In this document: positions 21,590 to 30,430 of the stretch, one piece after another
Position numbering within the stretch: the stretch's first letter is position 1
Layout of the letters: every line of letters starts with the position of its first letter
Source: Candidatus Omnitrophota bacterium
GTDB lineage: Bacteria > Omnitrophota > Gorgyraeia > Zapsychrales > Fredricksoniimonadaceae
DNA: 64,000 nucleotides
Direction: 5' to 3'
NCBI GenBank assembly: GCA_903944345.1
Contig: CAJARJ010000013.1
Coordinates: forward strand, 58,672 to 122,671
The notes under the pieces: generated by a model
Databases searched by the model: none
What the model was told of the DNA's origin: nothing
The model's input: only the letters and a program-made list of their open reading frames with translations
Translations under genes and position numbers: made by a program

Positions 21590-22150
21590 CTAAAGAGACC
21601 CGTCTTTCCAGAGACCCAGACGTTTCTTTCTGGCTTCTTTGAGCAAATCCCTGAATTCATCGGCGTGCTGCACATTGGGAGGAATGGTCATAAGCGAAGC
21701 ATAGCCGCTGGCAATAATCCGGGCATTTACAAAAGTTCCGTCTTCAAGATAAACATAGGCCAGCAGGCGGCCATAGCGATCATGCGTTTGCACATCCGTT
21801 TCCAGCCTGACCCTTTGCCCCTGCAACAGCTCTTTGGTAAACTGCGACGCCTGGCGTCCCGCCTTGAGAATAGTGGCCACGTCCTGACCGGAACGGCGGG
21901 CATCCTTGTGGAGTTTGGGGTTTTCTCGTGATTCGGGAGTATCAATCCCGATCAGTCGGACTTTTCTCTGGTCGGTCAGACGAAAAGTATCGCCGTCATA
22001 AACATGCTCAACCACGCCCTGCATATCTGCCCCGGCCTTTTTTCCGGGGGAAGACAGATGAACAAGCCCCGAGACAAGTGCTGCAACCAGAACCAGTAAC
22101 ATCACCGCCGGATTCCCCCGCGGAGTCCGGCGCGGTCGGATGCGCTTCAT
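21590..22150 (-). CDS. Thermonuclease (SNase-like) family protein, secreted
   Basis: VYDGDTFRL..VRLIGIDTPE..YGRLLAYVYLEDG: SNase fold motifs; N-terminal signal/transmembrane segment; ATG 22150 overlaps the upstream gene stop (ATGA). Confidence 0.75.
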   Translation of the reverse strand: MKRIRPRRTPRGNPAVMLLVLVAALVSGLVHLSSPGKKAGADMQGVVEHVYDGDTFRLTDQRKVRLIGIDTPESRENPKLHKDARRSGQDVATILKAGRQASQFTKELLQGQRVRLETDVQTHDRYGRLLAYVYLEDGTFVNARIIASGYASLMTIPPNVQHADEFRDLLKEARKKRLGLWKDGSL

Positions 22151-23193
22151 ACAAATACCCCGGACAGACACTTATCCGTATCCATGATCGCGACAAGTTC
22201 GGCGGTTTGGTCTTTTTCGGAAAGAATCGTATAAAAATCCGGCTTCATCGATGGTGCCAGACGAAACGCCTCAACCCAGTCACGACGGATAAAGGGATCC
22301 GCCTTGATCGCGTCCCAAAACCCAACCGCAGAAAAGAAAGTATTCATGCGCTCCGCACCCCGCCCCTGCAAACGGCTGATCATATAGGAAGCAACGCCGA
22401 CCTGGAGTCCATGCAGTCGCGGGCGGGAGTTGATGGTATCCAAAGCGTGAGATATCAGATGCTCGCTGCCGCTGGCCGGACGGGACGATCCGCAAATTTC
22501 CATCGCAATGCCGTTAAGCATAAGCGCTGTTCCCAAAAGACGCATCCCTTCCAGATCATATTCGGGCTTGGCCATCAGCTGAAAAACCGTAGCGTCCGAC
22601 AGCAGCGCAGCCAGATCGTCCACCTGGGTGCCTTTCATACGAAACGCCAGTTTCCAGTCATAGACAGCCGTTAGCTTGGACATAAGATCGCCAATGCCCG
22701 AAAGCCACAGAATTTTAGGTGCGTTCAGGCAGACCTGGGTGTCGATCACCACCCCGTAAGGCATAGCCGCAGGGAAAGAACGGCGCTGCCCCTTGAAATC
22801 AAGACTGGAACGCGAACTGCAAAAACCGTCATTCGACAATGCCGTCGGGGAAGCAATAAAAGGAACCCGCGCCAGGAACGCAACATACTTGGCGATATCC
22901 AGGGCCTTTCCTCCTCCGACGCCAACGATCACCTCGACCGAGGTGGACATCTGCTGAAAGATGTCCTGGGCAAATTCGAAACTGGAGTCTGTAGTCTCAA
23001 TTTTGCTGATGATCTTGACCCCATGATCATCCGCCGACTTTTGCACACGCGCAACCAGGCCCTGATCCAGATCCTTGTTGACCACCAGCATGGCCTGTGT
23101 AAACTGGCCCCGGCGAATGTAAACCCCAAGCCGGTCAATGGCTCCGGGCTTGACCCGGACCAGCGTAGGAACTGAAATAACATTATTTCTCAT
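22147..23193 (-). CDS. Iron-containing alcohol dehydrogenase / glycerol-1-phosphate dehydrogenase-like (DHQS-like superfamily)
   Basis: GVGGGKALDIAKYVA (GGGxxxD nucleotide loop), SGSEHLISHALD metal-binding motif; ATG 23193 overlaps the HAD gene stop. Confidence 0.65.
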   Translation of the reverse strand: MRNNVISVPTLVRVKPGAIDRLGVYIRRGQFTQAMLVVNKDLDQGLVARVQKSADDHGVKIISKIETTDSSFEFAQDIFQQMSTSVEVIVGVGGGKALDIAKYVAFLARVPFIASPTALSNDGFCSSRSSLDFKGQRRSFPAAMPYGVVIDTQVCLNAPKILWLSGIGDLMSKLTAVYDWKLAFRMKGTQVDDLAALLSDATVFQLMAKPEYDLEGMRLLGTALMLNGIAMEICGSSRPASGSEHLISHALDTINSRPRLHGLQVGVASYMISRLQGRGAERMNTFFSAVGFWDAIKADPFIRRDWVEAFRLAPSMKPDFYTILSEKDQTAELVAIMDTDKCLSGVFV

Positions 23194-23885
23194 ACAGACC
23201 ACCCTTCATCAACCCTGAGCATTTCGACAACTTCGGACCAGCGCTCGAAGGGCCGGAATTCTTCACCAATCTCGTGCAACTTTTTGGCCAGCCAGCTCTT
23301 GGCAAACCTGCGCCGGGGAGGCACCAGTAGTGCCGGTGCCAGATCCGGACGACCATCTCCGGCAAAAGCCACATCCGCACTACGCCGCAGAGCCTCGCGC
23401 ACCACCGCCACCTTGTTAACACCCAGTTCCCGGGAAAAAAGCGGAGATTCCGGGGGCAATTGCATTTTCAGACCACCATCGGGCGAGAAAATCCCCGGAT
23501 TGGCATGAACCGCAATATTCACCCCGTTTGCCTCCAAAAGTCGGTTAATATACCAGGCACACCCCGCTGAAGCCACCACCACGGACCAGCCATTGCGTTC
23601 CAGCATCCTGACTGCCTGGGCCAGCGCCGGATCAATATCCATCTTGCGAATGATCTCGAGCATGCTGCTTTCCGGCGCCCTGATTCCGGCAAAAATATTT
23701 TTCAGCGCCTCAAAATGAGTAATCTTCCCCGACTCGTAATCCTGCCAGTAACTGGCGGCAATTTGAGGATACGCCTGACAGACCAGATCATAGAAGTCCA
23801 GACGGGTAATCGTCCCGTCAAAATCGGAAACCAGAATCCCCGCCGGGTCACGCTTGATATCTTTTCTGAAAAGTAAATCTGACAT
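23190..23885 (-). CDS. HAD-superfamily phosphatase (MtnX/phosphoserine-phosphatase-like)
   Basis: ILVSDFDGTIT (DxDGT motif I), ..SAGCAW.., ..AGDGRPD.. motif III; the ATG at 23885 (MSDLLF) is preferred over the long track ORF. Confidence 0.7.
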   Translation of the reverse strand: MSDLLFRKDIKRDPAGILVSDFDGTITRLDFYDLVCQAYPQIAASYWQDYESGKITHFEALKNIFAGIRAPESSMLEIIRKMDIDPALAQAVRMLERNGWSVVVASAGCAWYINRLLEANGVNIAVHANPGIFSPDGGLKMQLPPESPLFSRELGVNKVAVVREALRRSADVAFAGDGRPDLAPALLVPPRRRFAKSWLAKKLHEIGEEFRPFERWSEVVEMLRVDEGWSV

Positions 23886-23943
23886 AATGAATGTCCTTTC
23901 CGCGTCAATATGCCACCAGCGAGTAATTCCCCCGTCAGGGTGG

Positions 23944-24255
23944 CTAGAAAGAATAATAATTCGTAATACTGCTGACAGCTTTGGACATAACCAGGCCCAG
24001 GCCCCAGCTGAGAACAACAACCAGAACAGAAACAATAATCTTGGTCTGCCGGCTGTAATAAGGATTAAACCAGACCAGCGGTAACGCCAAAAAAAGTAAA
24101 AGAAGATGCATGCTGATAACCGTCATATCCCGGAAATACCACGGGCGCTCCGCCTTCTGCCCGCGACGTTGATCCAGAAATTCTCCGCAATGCTTGCATT
24201 TAACCGCTTCCTGCTGGATTTCTTCAGCACAAAACGGACATTTTTTGGTGCTCAT
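23944..24255 (-). CDS. Zinc-ribbon domain membrane protein (hypothetical)
   Basis: CPFCAEEI..CKHCGE CxxC pair followed by two transmembrane helices; ATG at 24255. Confidence 0.5.
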   Translation of the reverse strand: MSTKKCPFCAEEIQQEAVKCKHCGEFLDQRRGQKAERPWYFRDMTVISMHLLLLFLALPLVWFNPYYSRQTKIIVSVLVVVLSWGLGLVMSKAVSSITNYYSF

Positions 24256-24391
24256 GAACTGTCCTATCCTTTCCGGATATTGGCGGATCAACGTTCATCC
24301 GCTCATCCTGTTGGAAAATTCGGAATATATCCACGATCAGTTTATCATCAATGCCCTTAAAAACTCAACAGGTATGGTTCTTTGCAAGAAA

Positions 24392-26092
24392 TCAAGGCTG
24401 GTGCTGCGGCGGCTCCACAAAATTCTGCAACGGAAGAATCTGCAGGAGCAAAGGAAAATAACCGGCTGATTCCTGATACGCCTCCGGAAGAAAATCCGAC
24501 GATGTGTTGAAGTCCTCGGCCGCACGGACAATATCCAGCCTGCGTTCGATACCGGCCAGATCCACTCCGCCTTTATCCATACGCCAGTTACGCGACACCA
24601 GCTGTAACAAACGCTCGAGATCGGCCGTCATTTCACTTGTGCTCTGATAACGCTGCTGCGGTTTTTCGGCCAGAGCCTTTCTGACCATTGCTCTTATCCT
24701 CAGAAACACATCCTCCCGGTCTCTGGTCTCAACCCGCGTGTCAAGCCACAGCCGGAAAACAGGAACAGAACCCCTCTGCCCCTCCTGCAACGGACTCATG
24801 GCAGTCTGCATAAGCAGCATTCCCAAAGCATAAATATCGCGCACCGCGTTCCAGCGCTCCGGAACCTTAACAGCCCCCGGACTATCCTCCGGCGGGACAT
24901 ACATAGGCACTCCGGTAACCAGGTCTTCGGATGTGCGCAGAGAACCCAGACCGACCGCCATATCCAGATCAATAACCCGCACTCGTCCCCGGCTGTCGAT
25001 CATGATATTGTCCGGCTTGATATCACAAGACACATACCCTGCCTGGTGAACTTCCCCGACCGCGATAAGAAGTGCACGCAACAGTCTCAGCCGCGCTGTC
25101 AGCCCCATATCAGCATGGGCGTAGAAGTATTCCCCGAAAGTCTGGCCATCGATATATTCCGTCACCAGATAACTGCGTTCCTGATCATGAAAGTATTCAA
25201 CAAACCTGACAACCGCCCCGTCACGGCCGGAAGCGGAATATTTCATGGTAATATCCTTTAAAATCCGGGCTTCATTGGCTTGAAGCTGTGCAAGGCTCGA
25301 CTGACGATCAGACTTTGTGGATGGGGTTTTAAGAATATATTTCTTGCCGTCTTTCTCGGCCAGATAAACTGCAAACCGCCCCTTGTCCTGCAACAGGCGC
25401 AAAACGGCATAACCTGCCACCACCGGCTGACCGGACTGATGTGTGGCCATGGAGCTGTCCGCCCCCTGTTCAGGCATAGCCTTGATCGGCTGCAGAATAA
25501 CATCTAGCACGGCCGCATCATTCACCAAACGTTCCAATTCAGACTGATCCGGGGCGCCCTCTTTTCGCAAGGCCAACTGAGCCATATCAAAATTCATTCC
25601 CCCTGAGAAATACCTGCGCACAACAACCTCGCCGGTTGGAATATCCCGCTCCTCGCGGAGCAGGTCGAACGCCCCCTGCTCAAAAGTCCGGGCGTACTGC
25701 TGCCAGATGCGCTCGGCCAAACCGGGATCATCAATAGCAATACCAGTCACCTTCCCGCGATCCACATATTCCTGATGCAAACGCCCGGTTGTCATGCGTT
25801 GTTTGTACCATGCCGCCAGAATCAAAGCAGAATAAATCCGGCGTAACGGGATAAATTCTGCCCCTGTATCCACTCGTTCCTGAAGAAGAGGAATCACCTG
25901 CGTGAGCATAACCTCTTGCGCCATCCCGGCGGCCCCTCCCTCCAGCATAACTTTCAGTCGCGCCGAACGCACAAGAACCATACCAGATGTTTTATCTTCA
26001 TAAACTCCTGCGCTCTGCGGAACAATCCAGACACGCTGCCAGACGTCAAGGGGGGATATCAGTTGTTCCATACATGGCCGCCGCGCGTGCAT
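24392..26092 (-). CDS. Family-paralog::Ser/Thr protein kinase fusion, downstream reading frame (rest of the conserved N-domain, kinase domain, C-terminal GGVDL module)
   Basis: ..RVWIVPQSAGVYEDK..LKVMLE..MLTQVIPLLQERVDTGAEF..LAAWYKQ..RRYFSGG then a kinase domain (YILKTPS, CDIKPDNIMID, DLDMAVG, VPPE), ending ..DKGGVDLAGIERRLDIV.. Confidence 0.75.
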   Translation of the reverse strand: MHARRPCMEQLISPLDVWQRVWIVPQSAGVYEDKTSGMVLVRSARLKVMLEGGAAGMAQEVMLTQVIPLLQERVDTGAEFIPLRRIYSALILAAWYKQRMTTGRLHQEYVDRGKVTGIAIDDPGLAERIWQQYARTFEQGAFDLLREERDIPTGEVVVRRYFSGGMNFDMAQLALRKEGAPDQSELERLVNDAAVLDVILQPIKAMPEQGADSSMATHQSGQPVVAGYAVLRLLQDKGRFAVYLAEKDGKKYILKTPSTKSDRQSSLAQLQANEARILKDITMKYSASGRDGAVVRFVEYFHDQERSYLVTEYIDGQTFGEYFYAHADMGLTARLRLLRALLIAVGEVHQAGYVSCDIKPDNIMIDSRGRVRVIDLDMAVGLGSLRTSEDLVTGVPMYVPPEDSPGAVKVPERWNAVRDIYALGMLLMQTAMSPLQEGQRGSVPVFRLWLDTRVETRDREDVFLRIRAMVRKALAEKPQQRYQSTSEMTADLERLLQLVSRNWRMDKGGVDLAGIERRLDIVRAAEDFNTSSDFLPEAYQESAGYFPLLLQILPLQNFVEPPQHQP

Positions 26093-26540
26093 AAAGCTCT
26101 TTCCAGAAGGCTTTGCCCGTTTCCCCCTGAGGATTAAGAGCTTCCGCCATCATTTGTTTAAGCGCATAATCCTGGCTGAGCAGATCACGCCCCAATCCTG
26201 TCCGGGCGAGGGGTTGCGGCAGAATACGATCCTGTTCATCCGGCTGCAGATTGACCCAAAGGTCCTGCCCTGGAATCGTCAGGGCAGCAAAAAAATATTT
26301 AATCAGAAGCATAGCTTCCTCATCACCGGAAACCTGCTTGCTGACAATAAAACGGAAACGTAAAGGGTCATTGCTGAAAATCTTGATCCCTGATAGATAC
26401 GAAGCATCAACAGGATTGGCAACAGGCCCCTGAACAAACAAAGCCTCTGCCCTGGCGTAAGAGCTCACCGTCAAGTGAACTGCAACACACAAAAGAGTTA
26501 CTGTTCTGGCCAGATCTGTCACAAAATGATGATTCTTCAT
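26046..26540 (-). CDS. Family-paralog::Ser/Thr kinase fusion, upstream reading frame (signal peptide plus first 130 aa of the conserved N-domain); out of frame with 24392..26092
   Basis: MKNHHFVTDLARTVTLLCVAVHLTVSSYARA signal peptide; ..LWVNLQPDEQDRILPQP..LLSQDYALKQ..FWKELYARAAAMYGTTDIPP*. The frame break falls exactly on the C6 (plus-strand G6) run at 26050-26055. Confidence 0.7.
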   Translation of the reverse strand: MKNHHFVTDLARTVTLLCVAVHLTVSSYARAEALFVQGPVANPVDASYLSGIKIFSNDPLRFRFIVSKQVSGDEEAMLLIKYFFAALTIPGQDLWVNLQPDEQDRILPQPLARTGLGRDLLSQDYALKQMMAEALNPQGETGKAFWKELYARAAAMYGTTDIPP

Positions 26541-26694
26541 TTTCCTGAACAAATTACAGGATCAGTTTGGGAATGTTGCATAATATGTCAGTATAGTGAA
26601 TAGTATGGCAAGTATTGATGAAAAAACACCATCTGTCAAGTTGCTCTATCAGAGGAGATTTGTGCGGGAGGAAAAATCACGTTTGCAAAAGAAA

Positions 26695-27498
26695 CTATCC
26701 CAGATTCTCGGCACTGTAGCGGGCAATCAGCCCTGTGCGCAAAGCATGACGGTAAGTCCGGAAAAAAAGAGCACAAGCGGCGGCAAGATAGACAAGAGTT
26801 AACAGCCCTCCCTTAAAAAGGTCTGCTGGAGCAATGACCCCGCCCGACAGAATGGTGCGCATTCCCTCAAAAATGTAGGAAGGCGGCAAAAGAGCCCCCA
26901 CAGACTGCATCCATGCCGGTAAGACCTTGAGCGGATAAAAGACTCCCACAAACGGAGCGATCATGGCCGGAATCGGCCAGATCAGCCACTCGGCCGCCGG
27001 CCCGAAACGCAGCATGATCGCACAGGCAAAAATACCAAAAGATATCCCGAAAAGGAAAAGACACAAAATAAAAGGAAAAAACATAAAACCGTAAACCGCA
27101 AAAGAAAGCCCGAAAACGACTCCTGCCAGGAGAAACATGACCACCACCCCGATCGCGCTGGTAAGAATGCTGACCAAAACCAGGCCGGCCAGATAATCGG
27201 CTACAGTCAAAGGTGACGCAAAGAAATTAAGAAAGTTGCGCGACCAGACGTCCTCAAAAAAAGGCATGGTGACACCCTGCATGATACGGATAAAAAAATC
27301 CCACATCACCACCGCTCCCAGCAACGCCGGCAGCAGCTTGAGACCCGAAGGAGTAACCCCCGCCAGATACCGGGTCATAAACCCCCAGAGCACAATATCA
27401 ATCATCACCCAGATAAAAAGAGGAAGTACACGGGCCGGACTGCCGCGCAACAAATAATACTGCCGCAAAACTATCGCAGACACACGATTAAACGACAT
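26695..27498 (-). CDS. ABC-2 family transporter permease
   Basis: Six transmembrane segments; ATG at 27498 overlaps the upstream ATPase stop (TGATG); AGGAG ribosome-binding site. Confidence 0.8.
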   Translation of the reverse strand: MSFNRVSAIVLRQYYLLRGSPARVLPLFIWVMIDIVLWGFMTRYLAGVTPSGLKLLPALLGAVVMWDFFIRIMQGVTMPFFEDVWSRNFLNFFASPLTVADYLAGLVLVSILTSAIGVVVMFLLAGVVFGLSFAVYGFMFFPFILCLFLFGISFGIFACAIMLRFGPAAEWLIWPIPAMIAPFVGVFYPLKVLPAWMQSVGALLPPSYIFEGMRTILSGGVIAPADLFKGGLLTLVYLAAACALFFRTYRHALRTGLIARYSAENLG

Positions 27499-28265
27499 CA
27501 AGCTCCTCCCTCTCTCAGCGACAATGGCTCTCTGGCCACCGCCACAAAAAGGTCTTCCAGACTGTCTTTGCCGTGCACGGCCGGCAAGGTCCGCGGATTA
27601 CCTTCCAGCAGTATTTTGCCATGAGACATGAACAAAACACGATCACAGACATCGGTGACTTCATACATATTGTGCGATGTCCACAACACGCCCCCGGTTC
27701 CGGCAGCGGCAAATGAGCGGATAATAATCCGGATCTCGCGCGCAACAGCCGGATCAAGTGAAGCTGTCGGCTCGTCCAGCAACAAAAGCCGGGGTGAATT
27801 AAGCATGGCCTTGGCCAAAGCGGCTCGCGCCTGCTCGCCCGACGACAAAGCCCCGCATTTGGTGTTGCAAAAAGCTTTCAGGTCAAACTGTTCCACCAGA
27901 CGATCAATGGTCCCCGACAAGTCCCCGACCCCGTAAAGCAGGCCAAAAACACGCAAATTTTCCACAACAGTCAGATTGCCGGGCAAAGGCGCATACGTCG
28001 CCGCAAAATTGGTTCTGGACATGGAACGGGAACGCCCTTCCGACAAGCTGATACCGTCAACTTCAATGGATCCGCTATCGGGCTCAAGCACTCCCAGCAG
28101 CATGTTAATCGTGGTCGTTTTTCCGGCACCATTAGGCCCCAGAAGACCGACAATCTCACGCGGATGGACTCGAAATGAAATGCTGTCCACAGCACGGGTT
28201 GTACCATAGGATTTGCCCAGTTGAGCTACTGATAAAACTTCATCCATATCTTCCTCTGGCCTCAT
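27498..28265 (-). CDS. ABC transporter ATP-binding protein
   Basis: Walker A GPNGAGKTTT, signature LSSGEQARAALA, Walker B LLLLDEPT. Confidence 0.85.
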   Translation of the reverse strand: MRPEEDMDEVLSVAQLGKSYGTTRAVDSISFRVHPREIVGLLGPNGAGKTTTINMLLGVLEPDSGSIEVDGISLSEGRSRSMSRTNFAATYAPLPGNLTVVENLRVFGLLYGVGDLSGTIDRLVEQFDLKAFCNTKCGALSSGEQARAALAKAMLNSPRLLLLDEPTASLDPAVAREIRIIIRSFAAAGTGGVLWTSHNMYEVTDVCDRVLFMSHGKILLEGNPRTLPAVHGKDSLEDLFVAVAREPLSLREGGA

Positions 28266-29608
28266 CCTTGCTGAAAAAGTGAAATATCCATCAGTTTCCT
28301 GTTGGCCGGAGACTGGCGCAGCGTCTGGGAAAATCCGCCCAGGGTCTCTTTCAGGCGCAGAAACTCCGTATCCTGCAGAACAGGAATATTGTCTGTCCCC
28401 TTGTTCTCGAGCGCGTCAATCACAAACTGAATGGTTATCTGATGAATGTCACGGGCCGGATGAAACGAAGACTCCTTGTTGGCCGCATCACGCAATTCAG
28501 CCAGGATACCTGTTCCGGTCAGTTCAAAAAGAATGGTTCTGACCAGCCTGACCGGGATGTCCAGCACATCCGAAATTCCGCTGGTGGTCAAAGGCATCTG
28601 TCCGGCGGCAAAACGGCCAATCACCAGACTGGCGATCCGCAGGGACAAAAGTTTCTTGAACGCAGGGCTCACTTCCAGGCAGTCATGCTCGAACTCATAG
28701 GTGTCCGCATTCTGCTGCGCAAAAGAAACCTCCGCGCCAAACAAAACTATCCGCCAACTCAACTGAAGCCAGACCAGAAACAGGGGCAGCGCCGCAAAAC
28801 TGCCATAAATCACATTCATCTTTCCCACACCAATCTGGAAATGAATATAGAGCATCTGGACAAGCTGATAAATTGTTCCGGCAATGACCCCGCCTGTTAT
28901 TCCCGCGAAAAGATTCACCCGGGTGTTGGGCATAAACAAATAAAGAAACGAAAACAACAGCCAGAGCATCACAAAAGGCAGCAGCTTGAGCGATAAAAGA
29001 ATAACCGGAGCCAGCGGCCCCAGAAAGACCAGTTTATCGACAATCATCTGGATCTGACTGGCCACAAAGACCGTAACACCTCCGGAAGCTACCAGAAAGA
29101 ACGGACAGATCATCATAATGGAAAGATAATCGCTGATCTTGCGGCCCAAAGGACGCCCCACCTTGACCCCCCAGATATCATTAAAAGAAGTTTCGATGGA
29201 ATTCAGCACCTTGATGACCGTCCAGAAAAGCAGGATGACACCAACTCCGGCAATAACCCCGCCGCTGGTATCAGCCAGGAGATTATTGGCAAAACCGATG
29301 ATCTGCCCCAGAATATCTTCCTGCCCGGGAAACTTGTCCAAGAGCTGTGTCTCGAGGGTTTTCTCCAGCCCAAACCCCTTGGCAATGCCAAAAGCCATAG
29401 CCATGATCGGCACGATAGAAATAAGGGTATAAAACGTCAAGGCTGAAGCGTTCAGCTGACACTGGTTCCCCCTGAACTCTCTGACCGCCAGCACAATGAC
29501 CCGTAATTGTTGAATCAGAAACGAACGCCGGCGGGGCAGCTTCCTGACGGGAATACGCCAGATGTCCCGCTCGAGAAAATCAACAATTTTTTTTATCGCC
29601 AGAGGCAT
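28262..29608 (-). CDS. YihY/BrkB family inner-membrane protein with a C-terminal cytoplasmic extension
   Basis: 448 aa; ..ALTFYTLISIVP.., six-transmembrane YihY core (..FGAEVSFA..) followed by a soluble domain of about 150 aa. Confidence 0.75.
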   Translation of the reverse strand: MPLAIKKIVDFLERDIWRIPVRKLPRRRSFLIQQLRVIVLAVREFRGNQCQLNASALTFYTLISIVPIMAMAFGIAKGFGLEKTLETQLLDKFPGQEDILGQIIGFANNLLADTSGGVIAGVGVILLFWTVIKVLNSIETSFNDIWGVKVGRPLGRKISDYLSIMMICPFFLVASGGVTVFVASQIQMIVDKLVFLGPLAPVILLSLKLLPFVMLWLLFSFLYLFMPNTRVNLFAGITGGVIAGTIYQLVQMLYIHFQIGVGKMNVIYGSFAALPLFLVWLQLSWRIVLFGAEVSFAQQNADTYEFEHDCLEVSPAFKKLLSLRIASLVIGRFAAGQMPLTTSGISDVLDIPVRLVRTILFELTGTGILAELRDAANKESSFHPARDIHQITIQFVIDALENKGTDNIPVLQDTEFLRLKETLGGFSQTLRQSPANRKLMDISLFQQG

Positions 29609-29641
29609 AAAACATCCTTTTCCCGGATTTATTTCCCGGAT

Positions 29642-30430
29642 TTATTTTCCGAACAATCCGCCAAGGCCTTCCTTGAGCGCCTTCAGGCTGGTGCCAGCTT
29701 CTTTTTCCAGCTCCTTGCCCAGGCCTTTAAGAGCCTTGCCTGTGTCCAGCAATGATCCCTTGACAGCCTCCAGCGTGCTGCCGGTCACCTGCCCCAGCAC
29801 CGTCTGGATCAGATCCTCAGGAGTCATTCCTCCGGTGTCTTTGCCCAGTCCGGTCAGATGAATATCCGGCAAAGACATGGTCATGGTTTTGGAGGATATC
29901 CCCCGGAGATTAACATGCACCTTGACTCCCTTGATCAGCAAATCATCCAGCTGAATCTTCGGTGCGGGCTTGCCGGCGGATTCTTCTTTACCCTGACCGG
30001 AAACCCCGGACGCTTTGCCTGTCTTTCCGGCGGATGCATTCACATTATTCATAATGGTTCCAAGATTGCTCTCCCCGGTAAGTCCCCCGTCATATGTAAC
30101 TTCCAGCGAGTCAACAAGCACGGAACGCAGATGAATTTTCTCGGAAAAGACCGACATTACCTCCAGGCTGACAGCCGCACTGCCCAGACGCAAAGCCCCG
30201 GAACTGGTATAACCTTCAGGATTCCCCACATTCAAACCGTTGATGCTGGCCGAACCTCCCGGCAAAGACACCACAACCGATTCAAGCGTGACCGGCACCC
30301 GCATGATCTTCGGTCCGAGTGTTTCCACTCCGGCCTTGATGATCGGTCCGATAAAAAGACCTGCCGCAACGACCAGCGCGATAATCACAACAAAAATTCC
30401 GCCCACCCACACAAGTACAACTTTTTTCAT
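29642..30430 (-). CDS. Hypothetical membrane-anchored periplasmic protein (Gly/Ser/Lys-rich)
   Basis: N-terminal transmembrane segment MKKVVLVWVGGIFVVIIALVVAAG, then a low-complexity G/S/K-rich domain. Confidence 0.5.
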   Translation of the reverse strand: MKKVVLVWVGGIFVVIIALVVAAGLFIGPIIKAGVETLGPKIMRVPVTLESVVVSLPGGSASINGLNVGNPEGYTSSGALRLGSAAVSLEVMSVFSEKIHLRSVLVDSLEVTYDGGLTGESNLGTIMNNVNASAGKTGKASGVSGQGKEESAGKPAPKIQLDDLLIKGVKVHVNLRGISSKTMTMSLPDIHLTGLGKDTGGMTPEDLIQTVLGQVTGSTLEAVKGSLLDTGKALKGLGKELEKEAGTSLKALKEGLGGLFGK

